Below, one piece after another: positions 17,607 to 28,005 of a DNA stretch of 64,000 nt. A program made the position numbers and the translations under genes. Position 1 is the stretch's first letter; every line of letters begins with the position of its first letter. The notes under the pieces were generated by a model, which saw nothing but the letters and a program-made list of their open reading frames with translations, had not been told where the DNA came from and searched no databases. Source of the stretch: an uncultured virus (IMG/VR IMGVR_UViG_3300038548_000322) (lineage: Duplodnaviria; Heunggongvirae; Uroviricota; Caudoviricetes); IMG/VR virus record IMGVR_UViG_3300038548_000322. The stretch is one strand, 5' to 3'.

Positions 17607-18996
17607 ACGGAATCCGAGGTCCACCTATCGGTCCACCTCCACCACCGGGAGTTACACCGGGTCCACCTCTAGGATCTACGCCCGGAGGTGGTCTCATTGG
17701 CGGACGACGCGCTCCGCCTTGTTGCTGCTGCATCCGCTGCATCATTTCACGGATACCACCTCTACCTCCACCGGGTGGCATTGAACGTGGATCTCCACGC
17801 TGACCTTGTATCTGATTCATCATCCCACGGATTCCGCCTCCACCACGTCCACCGGGGAACTTACCCGGCGGAGGTGTCATCGGTCCACGACCAGTCATCC
17901 ACGGAGGCATCGGCTTACCACCACCCGGCATCGCTCTGGCAGGAGGTGCACCTCGCCATGGTGTGCGACCACCACCACCGGGGAAGCCACCTCTAAAGTT
18001 TGATGCCGCAGCCAGTCCACCGTGCTGATAGCCATCGACGTAACCACCATATGCTTGTTCCATTTCTTCTAGCTCCCGTTCGGTACGTGATTGACGATCT
18101 TCCTCAACACCGAGGCCTAACAACTTGCTGAACCAACCCTCTTCTTCCTCTGGCTCGGGTGGAGGTGGAGGGGGAGGTGGCTCTGCATGATACAGACGCT
18201 CCCAGTAATTGTACTGAGCACCATCTTTCGGGTGCGGGTTCGGTCCTCTATCTAAGGTGTCTTCGTGATGTCCAGCACGCACTCCACCACCTTCCGCGTA
18301 GCCACCCGGTGGCACCGCTAATGATGCTGCGATACGCAACTTGTGCGCACGTATGGCGTCCGAGTACTCGGTGTCTCTCCCTTCCCTCGGATCAGGTGGC
18401 GTGAAATCCACGGGAGGCACGGCTGGCGGAATGATTCTGGGTGGAGTCTGACCTCCACCACCTCCGCCTCCGCCTCCTCCACCACCACCACCGCGACCAC
18501 CTCCGCCACGTCGGCCACCTCCACCGCGACGTCCACCACCTCGGGGACCTCGGTTAGGACCTGCGCTAAAAGTAGGTTCTGAGTCTTGTGGTTGCAGTAT
18601 CGTTGGCTGCGGTGGGTACCACTTCTTCTCTTCTTCATTGAAGAACCAGTTGCTGTGTATCAAGGCGTCGTAAGCACCTACGGAAGAGTAGATTCCTCCC
18701 TCCGGAAATAATCTCCCAGCCTGCCTCAAAGTAAGAGGTTCGTCACCTGCCCAGCTCATGTCAGGATCAACGGTAGTCCCACCACCATGGGCAAAGTTCA
18801 ATTGCAAACCCGGCGCATCCATTCGCTGACGCAGGTCATTCATCGGTGCGAGCCCACCTTCGTACATGCCTGCAGCTTGGTCAGCTGCAACGAACTCCTG
18901 TGCCACTGCAACGGGAGGAGCCTCCGTACGTGTGGGTTGCCAGCCGTGCGCAACAGCATTCATAAATCTAGCTTGCTTCTGTGACGTGCTCGGCAT
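17413..18996 (-). CDS. Gly/Pro/Arg-rich low-complexity putative internal virion protein
   Basis: Start MPSTSQKQARFM; RGG, poly-G and poly-P tracts; last gene of the virion block. Confidence 0.7.
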   Translation of the reverse strand: MPSTSQKQARFMNAVAHGWQPTRTEAPPVAVAQEFVAADQAAGMYEGGLAPMNDLRQRMDAPGLQLNFAHGGGTTVDPDMSWAGDEPLTLRQAGRLFPEGGIYSSVGAYDALIHSNWFFNEEEKKWYPPQPTILQPQDSEPTFSAGPNRGPRGGGRRGGGGRRGGGGRGGGGGGGGGGGGGGQTPPRIIPPAVPPVDFTPPDPREGRDTEYSDAIRAHKLRIAASLAVPPGGYAEGGGVRAGHHEDTLDRGPNPHPKDGAQYNYWERLYHAEPPPPPPPPEPEEEEGWFSKLLGLGVEEDRQSRTERELEEMEQAYGGYVDGYQHGGLAAASNFRGGFPGGGGRTPWRGAPPARAMPGGGKPMPPWMTGRGPMTPPPGKFPGGRGGGGIRGMMNQIQGQRGDPRSMPPGGGRGGIREMMQRMQQQQGGARRPPMRPPPGVDPRGGPGVTPGGGGGPIGGPRIPSSLRGQMQTRAMMNRPRRGVPGPAGAGGQPNRVGQSDQQGGLARALQRGTGRPPMSRRSGFPGR

Positions 18997-18998
18997 GG

Positions 18999-19730
18999 TT
19001 ACTCCCATCCTTTCACAATTTCGTTGTACTTCTCAATGCTCCAACTTTTGGAGCGACGTTCCATCTGTTCTTCCTGATCTTTGTGCAGGCTTTCAGTGGT
19101 AAAAAAACCTTCACGTTTTATCGGTACATCACCTTCTGCTTCTCGTGCGTCCACTTCAGTTTGGAGAAGTGAGTTGCGGTTACTTGCAATCGTTTCTTTA
19201 AGGTGTCGCTCGACGTCCGCGTAAGTATTAATCGAGTCGTCGTTCTTCCACCTTCTCTTGTTCAATGCGTACCATCGATTAACTGCAGCTGCCCACTCGA
19301 ACGGTGTGTCCGACCGGAAGGCATCGTGTATTAATCGACGTCTCTCTCTACCACCACCACCTTGTTGCTGATCAAGCCGGTGACCAAATTCGTGTGCCCA
19401 GATCTGCGGGTTAGCATTCGATGCACCAACTGCTGCAACTGTATCCGGACCCGGTGCTTCAATTCCTTTTTCCCTCAGCTTGTCAGCGATGGGTCCGTAC
19501 CTACCAATCTCCATGATTGATTCAGAATCTGGACCTCGATACATCCCCTGCAAATTATAGTTACCAACAGGTAACAGTCGTGCTCTTTCCGCCTCCACTA
19601 CTCCTTGAAGTTGCGGGCCACCTTGACTGACCACCTCGCCTTCGAACTCCATGTCCCAGAGCTGCGCTTGTAAAGCATACGCCGCATCCTCTTCCGGAGT
19701 AGAGTCAGGCCAAGGTGCTTTCTCTGGCAC
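18999..19730 (-). CDS. HExxH-motif protein (putative metallopeptidase)
   Basis: IWAHEFGH; GTG start at 19730 behind GAGGAGG. Confidence 0.55.
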   Translation of the reverse strand: MPEKAPWPDSTPEEDAAYALQAQLWDMEFEGEVVSQGGPQLQGVVEAERARLLPVGNYNLQGMYRGPDSESIMEIGRYGPIADKLREKGIEAPGPDTVAAVGASNANPQIWAHEFGHRLDQQQGGGGRERRRLIHDAFRSDTPFEWAAAVNRWYALNKRRWKNDDSINTYADVERHLKETIASNRNSLLQTEVDAREAEGDVPIKREGFFTTESLHKDQEEQMERRSKSWSIEKYNEIVKGWE

Positions 19731-20470
19731 TAATGATACCTCCTCACTCGACGTGGTTGCGCAGCACGCATGAGACCACCGTGTGCAAAGCCACCCCACG
19801 TAGGTACGTTACCTACTCTGAGCGAACCGAGGGCTCCCATCGGTACCTGCTCTGCTATCTCAAGTGGAAATTCTTCGTCCATTGATGCCGCTCCCGCAGC
19901 CACTGCTGCCGTAGCTGCTGCACCAGTTCCCGACAAGCCAGCCATGAATGTAGATGATGCTGGTATCGCAGCCGTGAGTCCGCCCACGGTACTTCCTGCA
20001 GCGGTACCTGCTCCTGCACCAGCCGCAGCACCTGCACCGGGAGCGAGTGCACCGAGTGCTCCGCCTGCGTAGATCGATGCAACTGTCGCAGCTATCTGAT
20101 GGTTTCGAGCAGCCTTCTCCGCGATCTTCGGATCACCACCTTGCTCGACGTAGTCCACAAACCTCTGACTGGTTGCGCCACCCAACTGGTTGATGATGGG
20201 GTCGTAATCTGTACCGAGAGCTTCGTTCCACAGCTTCGTGCTGAACGGATCGAAGGACCCGTAAAGAATGCGCCCCGGATTACGCATGAGATCGTCCCAG
20301 ATCTGTTTGAAGTGGAACTTCTCGAAGTCAAGGCCAAGCTCTTCCCCGACTCCCTTCTCCAGCTTCTTTATGTGACCGAAGGGATCTCCCGGATCTTGCT
20401 TGATCCCGAGTGCCTTTCGCGTCTTCTTATGGAGGCCGAGAGGATCGGTGAGTGTACTGAAGAGACCCAT
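19730..20470 (-). CDS. putative ejection/pilot protein
   Basis: MGLFS N-terminus and Ala/Gly hydrophobic stretch. Confidence 0.55.
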   Translation of the reverse strand: MGLFSTLTDPLGLHKKTRKALGIKQDPGDPFGHIKKLEKGVGEELGLDFEKFHFKQIWDDLMRNPGRILYGSFDPFSTKLWNEALGTDYDPIINQLGGATSQRFVDYVEQGGDPKIAEKAARNHQIAATVASIYAGGALGALAPGAGAAAGAGAGTAAGSTVGGLTAAIPASSTFMAGLSGTGAAATAAVAAGAASMDEEFPLEIAEQVPMGALGSLRVGNVPTWGGFAHGGLMRAAQPRRVRRYH

Positions 20471-21033
20471 TACTTTTCGACCTCCCCGGTGCGTCCGTCG
20501 ATCAGTGCGTTGTCGGACTTCGGTTTAATCAGTGACAGGATGCTGGACATGACTTCCATCCTCGTCTCGTCACGAATACCAATGGGTGCTCCTTCCGTGC
20601 CGCTGTGCTCAGTGTGTTTACGATCAGCCCAGTTCTTCCGCTGGCGATTGGTCAGCCACAACTTGATCGCTTGCACGTCAGGTTTGTAATGCTTGATGGT
20701 GTCGGCACGGATGACCTCACCGTCCCACATCATTATCTTTTCTTCGTCGTGCGTGTAGCCGGTCGCTGTCTGGAACAGTGCGTTCAGCACTGCAGCATCC
20801 GCATCGGTGTAACCATCTTCGACAGCTCTTTTGAACGTAGGGTACTGTGCCTTCCAGATGCCCAGCTGCCTGCGACTGATGTCAAACACCTCAGAGATGT
20901 CGTCTTCGTCGAAGCCGTTCATCATGATCGCGCGGATCTGATCTGGGTAGTCAGGCAGGAATACACGGGAGCCAGCGGACAGTATCTGACCGTGTCGGTT
21001 CCTCGCCTTGCGATTGATACGTTTCGCTGGCAC
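20470..21033 (-). CDS. terminase small subunit-like HTH protein
   Basis: HTH (DDISEVFDISRRQLGIWK...F), ALFQTATGY, PDVQAIKLWLTNR...W. Confidence 0.65.
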   Translation of the reverse strand: MPAKRINRKARNRHGQILSAGSRVFLPDYPDQIRAIMMNGFDEDDISEVFDISRRQLGIWKAQYPTFKRAVEDGYTDADAAVLNALFQTATGYTHDEEKIMMWDGEVIRADTIKHYKPDVQAIKLWLTNRQRKNWADRKHTEHSGTEGAPIGIRDETRMEVMSSILSLIKPKSDNALIDGRTGEVEK

Positions 21034-23354
21034 TACTGGTCCTCACCTGATAAGAAGTCCAGTACGTTCTTAGGGAGCTGCCCAATCTCACCAAAGGCTG
21101 CTTGAGTTTGCTCGACCGCGTAGTCAACGACGTCTTTACCTGCCTCCTTGAGAGAGTCACGTGAGATGTTCACCTCTGGGAAGTGGTAGTTGTTTCCCTT
21201 CCACTGTTTCTCGGCAGCAAGCATGTACGGGCGTAACGAATCCATGAGGAAAGCAGTTAATTTCTCATCACCTCTCGTGTGCGCCAATTGCAGCAAACGA
21301 TTACGAACGAAGTTGCTCTGGTAAGCGTGACCTGCGCCAGCTGTAAAAGCACCCACTCCAACGAACGCTTCCAACATGCCAGCTATCCATGCACCACCAC
21401 CACCGACAGCAGCAACCATACCTGCACCTGCTGCAGTCTTCTCCGCAGATGCAGACAGACGTAAGTACTCACGCATGCCCGTGAGCATCTGCTGCTCTTC
21501 AGGACTAAACCATGCTGCGATGACCTTCCTGTTTGTAGGTGCGTTAAGCCACGTCATGAACTTCTGCGCATTTGCATTGCCCGGTGCATCCGCGTGCCAC
21601 GTCGCGTCCTCCAAACCATTCATAAGCCAGCGGTTCTTAAGAGCTGTTTTACCTTCAGGTGTCAGTCGTTCAAACAAATCAGTCATTATCGCTGACTTAT
21701 TAGATGTCATCACTCCATCGATAACAGCATCATCGATGTTGTTATTCAAGATTGCTTTCCTCAGGACACCCTCCGTGACTTCCTCCGCCTCTTTCGCCCA
21801 CGCACGTTCTATCATCTCTTGCGCACGTCTTGGACCAGTCTGCGAGCCTTTGCCATAGTACGGAACGTTCTCTAGCATCTCCTGTTGCTTACCCCAGAAG
21901 CGTTGGTTCGTCATGCGTTCAACAAACGACTCCATTACACGGGTGCCATAGTTCGACTCAACATCGATGCCATATTTTTTAGCCAGCTCTGTCAATGAGT
22001 CGATGCGTTCCTGCACCATGCGTTTACGCGCACGACCAGTACCGACGATAGGAATACGTTCAACAATTTTGGCGAAGATAGCCATCGGTGGCGTGATGCG
22101 TTCCTGCAATACATCTTGCGTCATCAGTCTGCGACCAGTCGTATCCGCGAACTCCATGGCAGCAGTTTTACCCGCGAGTTCTGCTACATCACCCTCGGGG
22201 ATGGCACCTCTCAGATAGCTGGGAATTTTTGTTGCCACCCTGATAAGAGGATCGAAGACGTAGTCAGGCACCACACCTAGTAAAGTTGACAGAGCGACCT
22301 CAGCTTTGTTGAACTCGCCTCCGACCTGCGCATGTCCAGCTTGTATAGCTGTCTCAGTAAGCGCAGAGCCAGCCATCATAGCTTTAGCGCTTGCTGCACG
22401 AGCCTGACGTACTGCCAATCGACGTGCCGTCTCACTCGCAGCTTTTACAGCTGCTTGACGCGCACCCGCTGACGCAACAGTAGCCCAACGACCGGTAGGC
22501 GTGTACATGCTACCAATGCCGATGATCTGCAGTGCATCCATCATGCTGAAGCCCGGACGATTGACCAGTGCCATCAGCGGCTGTCCATTAGCGTCCCTCC
22601 GGTGGTTGTTGACCAAGATAAGTGCACCATCAGGCGCAACCATATGACTAACACCGGGGAACATCGCAACGCTTTCCATCTCCCCTGTCGTGGGGTTCTC
22701 GAACTCAACCCGCTGCGTCATGGTGTCCACAATCTCTTGCGGATCCGTCATCGTCAGCGTTGCCATGCTCATGCCGAAGTTCTCAGCGAGCTGTCCAAGA
22801 CCATCGATTCTGATCGGAGGCATAAACGGCGTACCCGTCATCGCGGAAGCAGCTGCCGCCTGTTCCCAGCCACCCATCCGGTCGAGTGCTTCTTCATCAA
22901 TGCTCATTCTTACATCTGTCTCGGGCAAGAACATTGACAAACCTGCTTCCATGCTCGCCATCTCAGGGAGTTGAATCGATGCACGTGATGTACCACGCTC
23001 CTCAGGGAAGGGAGACAACTCTGGCATCCCCTTTGGAGTTACGATGTCGGCGGGCTGGGCAGATCCAAAATCCATCTCCCCAAACGGATCGTTAGCAGGA
23101 TCTCCCCAGAAATCAGCGAACGGATCATCGTACGCCTGACCAAACTGACCTTCAGGCGGCATTATCTCGGGTGTACCCAGCTCCTGAGCCATCAGTGCGA
23201 TGTTCTCTTCCTCGGCAGACTTCCCTGAGATTGCAAGGTCCGAACGCATGTTGAGGATCTCCTCCTCGGTGGGCTCTTCCTCACGCCCTTCCATCTCACC
23301 CATCATTTGCTGCAAGCGGATGTCGGCCTGCACTTCTTCTTCAGGTCTGGACAT
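21033..23354 (-). CDS. putative DNA ejection/transfer protein
   Basis: 773 aa, helical; VNRPGFS..D resembles P22 gp20-type proteins; synteny. Confidence 0.55.
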   Translation of the reverse strand: MSRPEEEVQADIRLQQMMGEMEGREEEPTEEEILNMRSDLAISGKSAEEENIALMAQELGTPEIMPPEGQFGQAYDDPFADFWGDPANDPFGEMDFGSAQPADIVTPKGMPELSPFPEERGTSRASIQLPEMASMEAGLSMFLPETDVRMSIDEEALDRMGGWEQAAAASAMTGTPFMPPIRIDGLGQLAENFGMSMATLTMTDPQEIVDTMTQRVEFENPTTGEMESVAMFPGVSHMVAPDGALILVNNHRRDANGQPLMALVNRPGFSMMDALQIIGIGSMYTPTGRWATVASAGARQAAVKAASETARRLAVRQARAASAKAMMAGSALTETAIQAGHAQVGGEFNKAEVALSTLLGVVPDYVFDPLIRVATKIPSYLRGAIPEGDVAELAGKTAAMEFADTTGRRLMTQDVLQERITPPMAIFAKIVERIPIVGTGRARKRMVQERIDSLTELAKKYGIDVESNYGTRVMESFVERMTNQRFWGKQQEMLENVPYYGKGSQTGPRRAQEMIERAWAKEAEEVTEGVLRKAILNNNIDDAVIDGVMTSNKSAIMTDLFERLTPEGKTALKNRWLMNGLEDATWHADAPGNANAQKFMTWLNAPTNRKVIAAWFSPEEQQMLTGMREYLRLSASAEKTAAGAGMVAAVGGGGAWIAGMLEAFVGVGAFTAGAGHAYQSNFVRNRLLQLAHTRGDEKLTAFLMDSLRPYMLAAEKQWKGNNYHFPEVNISRDSLKEAGKDVVDYAVEQTQAAFGEIGQLPKNVLDFLSGEDQ

Positions 23355-24769
23355 TAGAGTGGTGCTCCTAATTGACGGAGAGGTACGATCATATCCTCTG
23401 GAATCTTAGCTCTCTGTCGGAACGATTCGATGATTCTTCGCTGCTCCTCAGGGTTACCTTGATTCGCCTCAATAAGCTGCATCAACTTATCGCGCGTTGC
23501 CTGAGGTATGGGAGGAGGACCTGTCTCCCGCTCTTTGACCTGCAACATCTCTGCACTCTCTTTCTGGAATCGTAGGTACTGATTCTTCCACAGCTGAGCT
23601 TCTTGGTTACCCGGTGATTCTGCCAACATCTGCGCAGCGAACTCCCCACGCTCGATGATCTCGCCCATCTTGATCATACCCAAACCGATGATCGCGACGT
23701 TTTCTGAGACGCCTTTGCCCAGTCCTGCGTTCAGTTCTGCCATCTTCTTGTATTCGAAGTCGGTCTTGCTACCTGTCAACGTCAACAGATCAGCAAGTAC
23801 CTGATCACCGAACAGTCGATGCAGTTTAGCGAGTGTCGTGTTGTCCGTGATGGCTGCATCACTGATGCCAGCCCACATTGCAACCTGACGTATGGCTTCG
23901 TTAAGACCACTCGTGTTCTCATCCAAGGTCATCAACAGATTGTGCGCCTTCCTCAACCGCAGGATGGCAGGCATCATTTTGATACCGTCATTGGCTTGTT
24001 TGTTAGCTGTCTGAACCGCTAAGGTTGCAGTGTTCGTTGCTACTGCCTGTGCAGCTGCTTGCGACGGATCCTTCCTCGGATCTACCATGATCCATGGATC
24101 TCCCGGTGTGCCATCAGGATTTATCTGACGCTCAATGCGCGAGACGGTAGTACCGTCAGGCTGCATAATAATGCTGACGATGTTGCGCTCGGCTTGCGCC
24201 TCCGTGATTTCATTATTTGCGATGCGTATTTTATCAGCCGGAGAGATGACATCTCGCAGACCTACGACACGTGCACGGCTGTTGCCTTTGAAGCCTTCCA
24301 AGTTAGCGAGCGAGTCGAAGTAGTCACCTGCGATCTCGTACTCACGATGAAGCATGCGCTCTTCTTCCTCTGCTATCGCTTGTTCTTGCTCGAACGATTG
24401 CGCATTCACGTCACGCAGTGCGCCCGCAGCGTAGCCAACGTTCTCACCGAACGCACCGGTCTTCGTTGGCGACAGCATTGCCTGTGCAAGTGCGAGCCAC
24501 CTGTCCTGTTCGGCACCCTTCTGCTGCCTCGTCCGACGTTCTGCTAAGGTGTTACGTGACTCACGCAGACGAGCCATGGCATCGTCCTTGGTCATCGTCG
24601 CCATCTTGCGCAGCTCGACTAACGGATCGACCTCTGCAAGGATCTCTTCGGTACCGGTCGCTGCTGACACATCAAAGGACGTATCTTCTTCTTCCTCCTC
24701 GAACTCGGGGGAAAGTGTCAACGCTGCCAGTCCACCTGCTTGAAAGTTTCTCATCAGTCCTGTTTCCAT
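23354..24769 (-). CDS. putative internal virion/ejection protein
   Basis: WLALAQAMLSPTKTGAFGE motif, coiled coils; synteny. Confidence 0.55.
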   Translation of the reverse strand: METGLMRNFQAGGLAALTLSPEFEEEEEDTSFDVSAATGTEEILAEVDPLVELRKMATMTKDDAMARLRESRNTLAERRTRQQKGAEQDRWLALAQAMLSPTKTGAFGENVGYAAGALRDVNAQSFEQEQAIAEEEERMLHREYEIAGDYFDSLANLEGFKGNSRARVVGLRDVISPADKIRIANNEITEAQAERNIVSIIMQPDGTTVSRIERQINPDGTPGDPWIMVDPRKDPSQAAAQAVATNTATLAVQTANKQANDGIKMMPAILRLRKAHNLLMTLDENTSGLNEAIRQVAMWAGISDAAITDNTTLAKLHRLFGDQVLADLLTLTGSKTDFEYKKMAELNAGLGKGVSENVAIIGLGMIKMGEIIERGEFAAQMLAESPGNQEAQLWKNQYLRFQKESAEMLQVKERETGPPPIPQATRDKLMQLIEANQGNPEEQRRIIESFRQRAKIPEDMIVPLRQLGAPL

Positions 24770-26076
24770 TTCAGTTCGATGTTCTTTTTGGATGCATTCT
24801 CATTAGCCAATGTGTGACCACCCAAGACACCAATACTATCGGTAGGGTCAGGGCGAAGGTTTTGTGCCCATGCGCTCAACCCACCCCACGCAGTTTTACC
24901 AAGCCCGTACATCTTCTTCCACGCTGCCGTGGCGAGTCCCCCGATGCTGTACTCCTCGGGAATGTATCCGCCTTCAGCCATTACTTTTGGGTACGCATAC
25001 CCACCCTCCGCGTAGTCGCTCACGTCTTCGTACTCACCTTCAATGTAACCACCTTCCGCTTCGCCGCTCGGATTCATTCCGCGATACACACCGTACGCGC
25101 CAACAATTTGTGACAACGGTGACGGCTGGTAAATCGAAGCCGGTCCAAAGTCGGTGCGAGTTTGCGTCCTGTCCATCGGCAAGCCACGAATAGCTTGGTT
25201 CATGAATGCAACACGGTCGAACGGCAAGTTGCGCTGTTCGAGGAAGTCGGCGTAAGCCATGTCGAGGCTCGCCTGATTGAGACCTTGTTGCTGAGCACCG
25301 ATGCCCTCCATTGCTGCTGCATCTGTAAGACCCATGCGTTGAGCTTCTGAACCCAGCATGCCAAGACCTTCGGCACCTCGGTACATGCTCGTCGCACCCG
25401 CTTCTTCGAGTGCACCGACGATGCGTGCCATCTCTGCGGAACGCGACTGGTCACCAGCAAAGATGTCTGCGCCTTGACCGTACGCTCCGTGAAGTGCTTC
25501 GAGCCGCTGGGCTTCGAGACCTTCCTGAATGTCACGTCCACCTCGCATGGCAATGTCTTCCATCGAGCCGGTGCCACCACGGGATCCATACTGACCTGCG
25601 CCTCCGAACATGCCGGAGAGGCGAGGCATAAATTCTTCTTCCAGTGTTCGCGTGGCGAGCGCCTCCTGTCGGTCGAGCACGTTCCCGATGTACGGGCTCA
25701 TGTAAGACTCGGCGACACCTTCGTCAGTCCACGCTTGCGATCCTCTTTCGACGAAGGGAGATGCCGCACGTCCAATGTTCGCAGCGCGACTGAGACCACC
25801 ACCGTAACCAGCTGCTGCGCCTTCGAGGTAAGGCTGGTACGCACCTGTTTGCGCTTCTACCATGCCGAACGCAGCTTGTTGCTCGGGCGTGAAGCCTGCG
25901 ATCCTCGGACCACCGTACGGGATGTACGGCTCAGCAGCGGCTGCGTTCGCTCGTGCGATCAACCCCTGCGTGTAATCCGACATCCATTTTGGGATGCCCT
26001 CGACGGTCTGCCCTTCAGTTGTAACCGATTGTGGAGGCTTTCCCTCAAACAGAAAGTCAATATTGCTATCTGGCAT
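24754..26076 (-). CDS. putative internal virion/ejection protein
   Basis: YGGPRIAGFTPEQ, YMSPY, GAGQYG, Q/A/G-rich. Confidence 0.6.
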   Translation of the reverse strand: MPDSNIDFLFEGKPPQSVTTEGQTVEGIPKWMSDYTQGLIARANAAAAEPYIPYGGPRIAGFTPEQQAAFGMVEAQTGAYQPYLEGAAAGYGGGLSRAANIGRAASPFVERGSQAWTDEGVAESYMSPYIGNVLDRQEALATRTLEEEFMPRLSGMFGGAGQYGSRGGTGSMEDIAMRGGRDIQEGLEAQRLEALHGAYGQGADIFAGDQSRSAEMARIVGALEEAGATSMYRGAEGLGMLGSEAQRMGLTDAAAMEGIGAQQQGLNQASLDMAYADFLEQRNLPFDRVAFMNQAIRGLPMDRTQTRTDFGPASIYQPSPLSQIVGAYGVYRGMNPSGEAEGGYIEGEYEDVSDYAEGGYAYPKVMAEGGYIPEEYSIGGLATAAWKKMYGLGKTAWGGLSAWAQNLRPDPTDSIGVLGGHTLANENASKKNIELKWKQD

Positions 26077-28001
26077 TACGATCTCCCCGCTGCGGCTCGA
26101 AGCCGTCCCATGTAAGCCTCAGGCGACTTGGCCTTATGGCTGAAGCCACCCTTCATCAGGTTCTTCGCTTTGTGCTTACGCATGTTCGAGCGCATCTCAT
26201 CCAACCGACTTGCGCCTGCCTTACCGGATCCGTCACCCAAGAGTGCCACCGTTTCTGCGTCTATGACGTACTCACCGTCGCTCAGTCGCGCCGGAATGTC
26301 GTCGGACCTACCAGTGCCCGGTCCCTGCGTGTAGCCACCACCAGCGCTCACAGCGGGTGCAGCGCGTGGTACGTCGGCGTTCTGAGCCCAGTAATCGAAG
26401 TGACCTCCACGTTGGAAGCCCGTGCCCTGACCCAGCTGTTGTGGAGGCATCCATGTCTGCGTGTTGGGATCCAACGTGTAGCCAGCTGCTTGAATCTGCT
26501 GACCACCATCTCCGACCATGGCTTGTGGAATAGGCTGACCTGCCGCGATCATCTGAGCGATGCCTCCCACCCCGCCCAGTCCACCAGCGGGACCGGGATG
26601 TGTCGGCGTGCCGGTCTCACCAGAGAAAGGATCAGGCGTGATGAACAAGCTCTCGCCTGTGATAGGCGCACCGGGCTGTCCGTATGTGTAGTAAGCATTC
26701 GGATCGGTCGGGCCGATGAACTGACGATTGCTGTCGTAAAGAGGCAGCGGCTTGTTGAAACCCTCAGGTTGGGTGAAATCAGGTGCGCCCTCTTCTTCGC
26801 CACCACTCAGTGCGCCCATCGCTGCCATGATTGGCAGTCCGTACTTCATCAGGTTACCGGTATCACCACCAGCTGCAGGAGTTGTCGTGCCTCCGGCGGG
26901 AGTCACCACAGGTGCCGGAGGACCGGAAGGACCACCGGGCTCACCGTAACCGGGAATCGGTTCTGGCGGACCCATCTCGCCCGGTGCAAGGCCACCGGAT
27001 GGATCAAGTGACCGCGCTTGTGCGAGTGCACCTTCTGTTCCCGCTCTCGCGGCTTCACGTGCCATCGCAGTTTCTGGCGACTCAGCTCTCGCAAGGATGC
27101 CGCCTTCAGCGGGACCTTCGAGCCCCAGCATCTCCTGACCTCTGCCTGCGATGTTCTCTATCGTCGGCTGCATCATCTGGGTCAGTGCACCGGACATGGC
27201 ACCTTCCATGAAGTCGCCACCGGTTAATGAAGAACCTGCGCCACTCGCCAGACTGGATCCGACGATGGCTGCAGTGCTGTCGGACAGTCCGGGTGCAACA
27301 GTTTTTATCATGTCGCCCGTCACCGCACCGAGACCTCCAGCGATAGCACCTGTCATTGCACCCGTTGCGAAGTCACCACCACCGGCAGCGGACATGCCAC
27401 CGCGCAGCAGTGCGTTGCCGACAATAGAAGCCCCGGCTCCTGACACGCCCGGTATCAGACCACCGATCCACGTGCCGAGTCCGGGAGCGAACATGCTCAG
27501 TGCGATTGGAGCAACGATCTGGAAGATCTTGGAACTGAAGACTTTTTTCACTGCCTTCTTCACGCTCTTCCAAATCTTGGAGAAGAATCCGTACTCAGGC
27601 ATGCCGGTGTTCGGGTTGATGTCAGCCTTACCCCACATGCCTTCAAGGACGCCTAACTCTTCAGGCGTCATGTGCACCATCATCGAGTCACCGTTGCGTC
27701 CACCTCGACGTGTCGTCTCAGCAGCTTTCGCCAGACCACCTTCGGCCTTCTCGACGTAGCCACCGATCTCGTACAGCTTCACCTTTTTGGTTTCCGATGA
27801 CTTGACACCTGCCTTCTTCAGCAACTCGGTTGCAGCAAATGAGTAAAGCAGCTCAGGACCACCCGGTATGGATTCGATCAGCTCCGCAGCATCAACGACC
27901 TCTTGGTCGCCGCCCTGCTCCACCAGCATGGAAGCCAGACCTCGTCTTGCACGGATGCCTTCAGCAGCTGCCGGTACTCTGGAAGTATTTTGTGTAGCCA
28001 T
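26076..28001 (-). CDS. putative internal virion protein
   Basis: GRNGDSMMVH...INPNTGMPEYGFFSKIWK, glycine-rich hydrophobic region, GPGTGRSDDIPARLSDGEYV. Confidence 0.65.
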   Translation of the reverse strand: MATQNTSRVPAAAEGIRARRGLASMLVEQGGDQEVVDAAELIESIPGGPELLYSFAATELLKKAGVKSSETKKVKLYEIGGYVEKAEGGLAKAAETTRRGGRNGDSMMVHMTPEELGVLEGMWGKADINPNTGMPEYGFFSKIWKSVKKAVKKVFSSKIFQIVAPIALSMFAPGLGTWIGGLIPGVSGAGASIVGNALLRGGMSAAGGGDFATGAMTGAIAGGLGAVTGDMIKTVAPGLSDSTAAIVGSSLASGAGSSLTGGDFMEGAMSGALTQMMQPTIENIAGRGQEMLGLEGPAEGGILARAESPETAMAREAARAGTEGALAQARSLDPSGGLAPGEMGPPEPIPGYGEPGGPSGPPAPVVTPAGGTTTPAAGGDTGNLMKYGLPIMAAMGALSGGEEEGAPDFTQPEGFNKPLPLYDSNRQFIGPTDPNAYYTYGQPGAPITGESLFITPDPFSGETGTPTHPGPAGGLGGVGGIAQMIAAGQPIPQAMVGDGGQQIQAAGYTLDPNTQTWMPPQQLGQGTGFQRGGHFDYWAQNADVPRAAPAVSAGGGYTQGPGTGRSDDIPARLSDGEYVIDAETVALLGDGSGKAGASRLDEMRSNMRKHKAKNLMKGGFSHKAKSPEAYMGRLRAAAGRS

Positions 28002-28005
28002 CGCT

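Noticed and set aside
18450..18545. CCA/CCT/CCG tandem repeats
   Set aside because: Explained by Gly/Arg codons on the minus strand.
26190..26340. GPGTGRSDDIPARLSDGEYV motif suggesting a tape measure protein
   Set aside because: No tail tube, sheath or baseplate genes; adaptor, nozzle and ejection genes point to a short tail.
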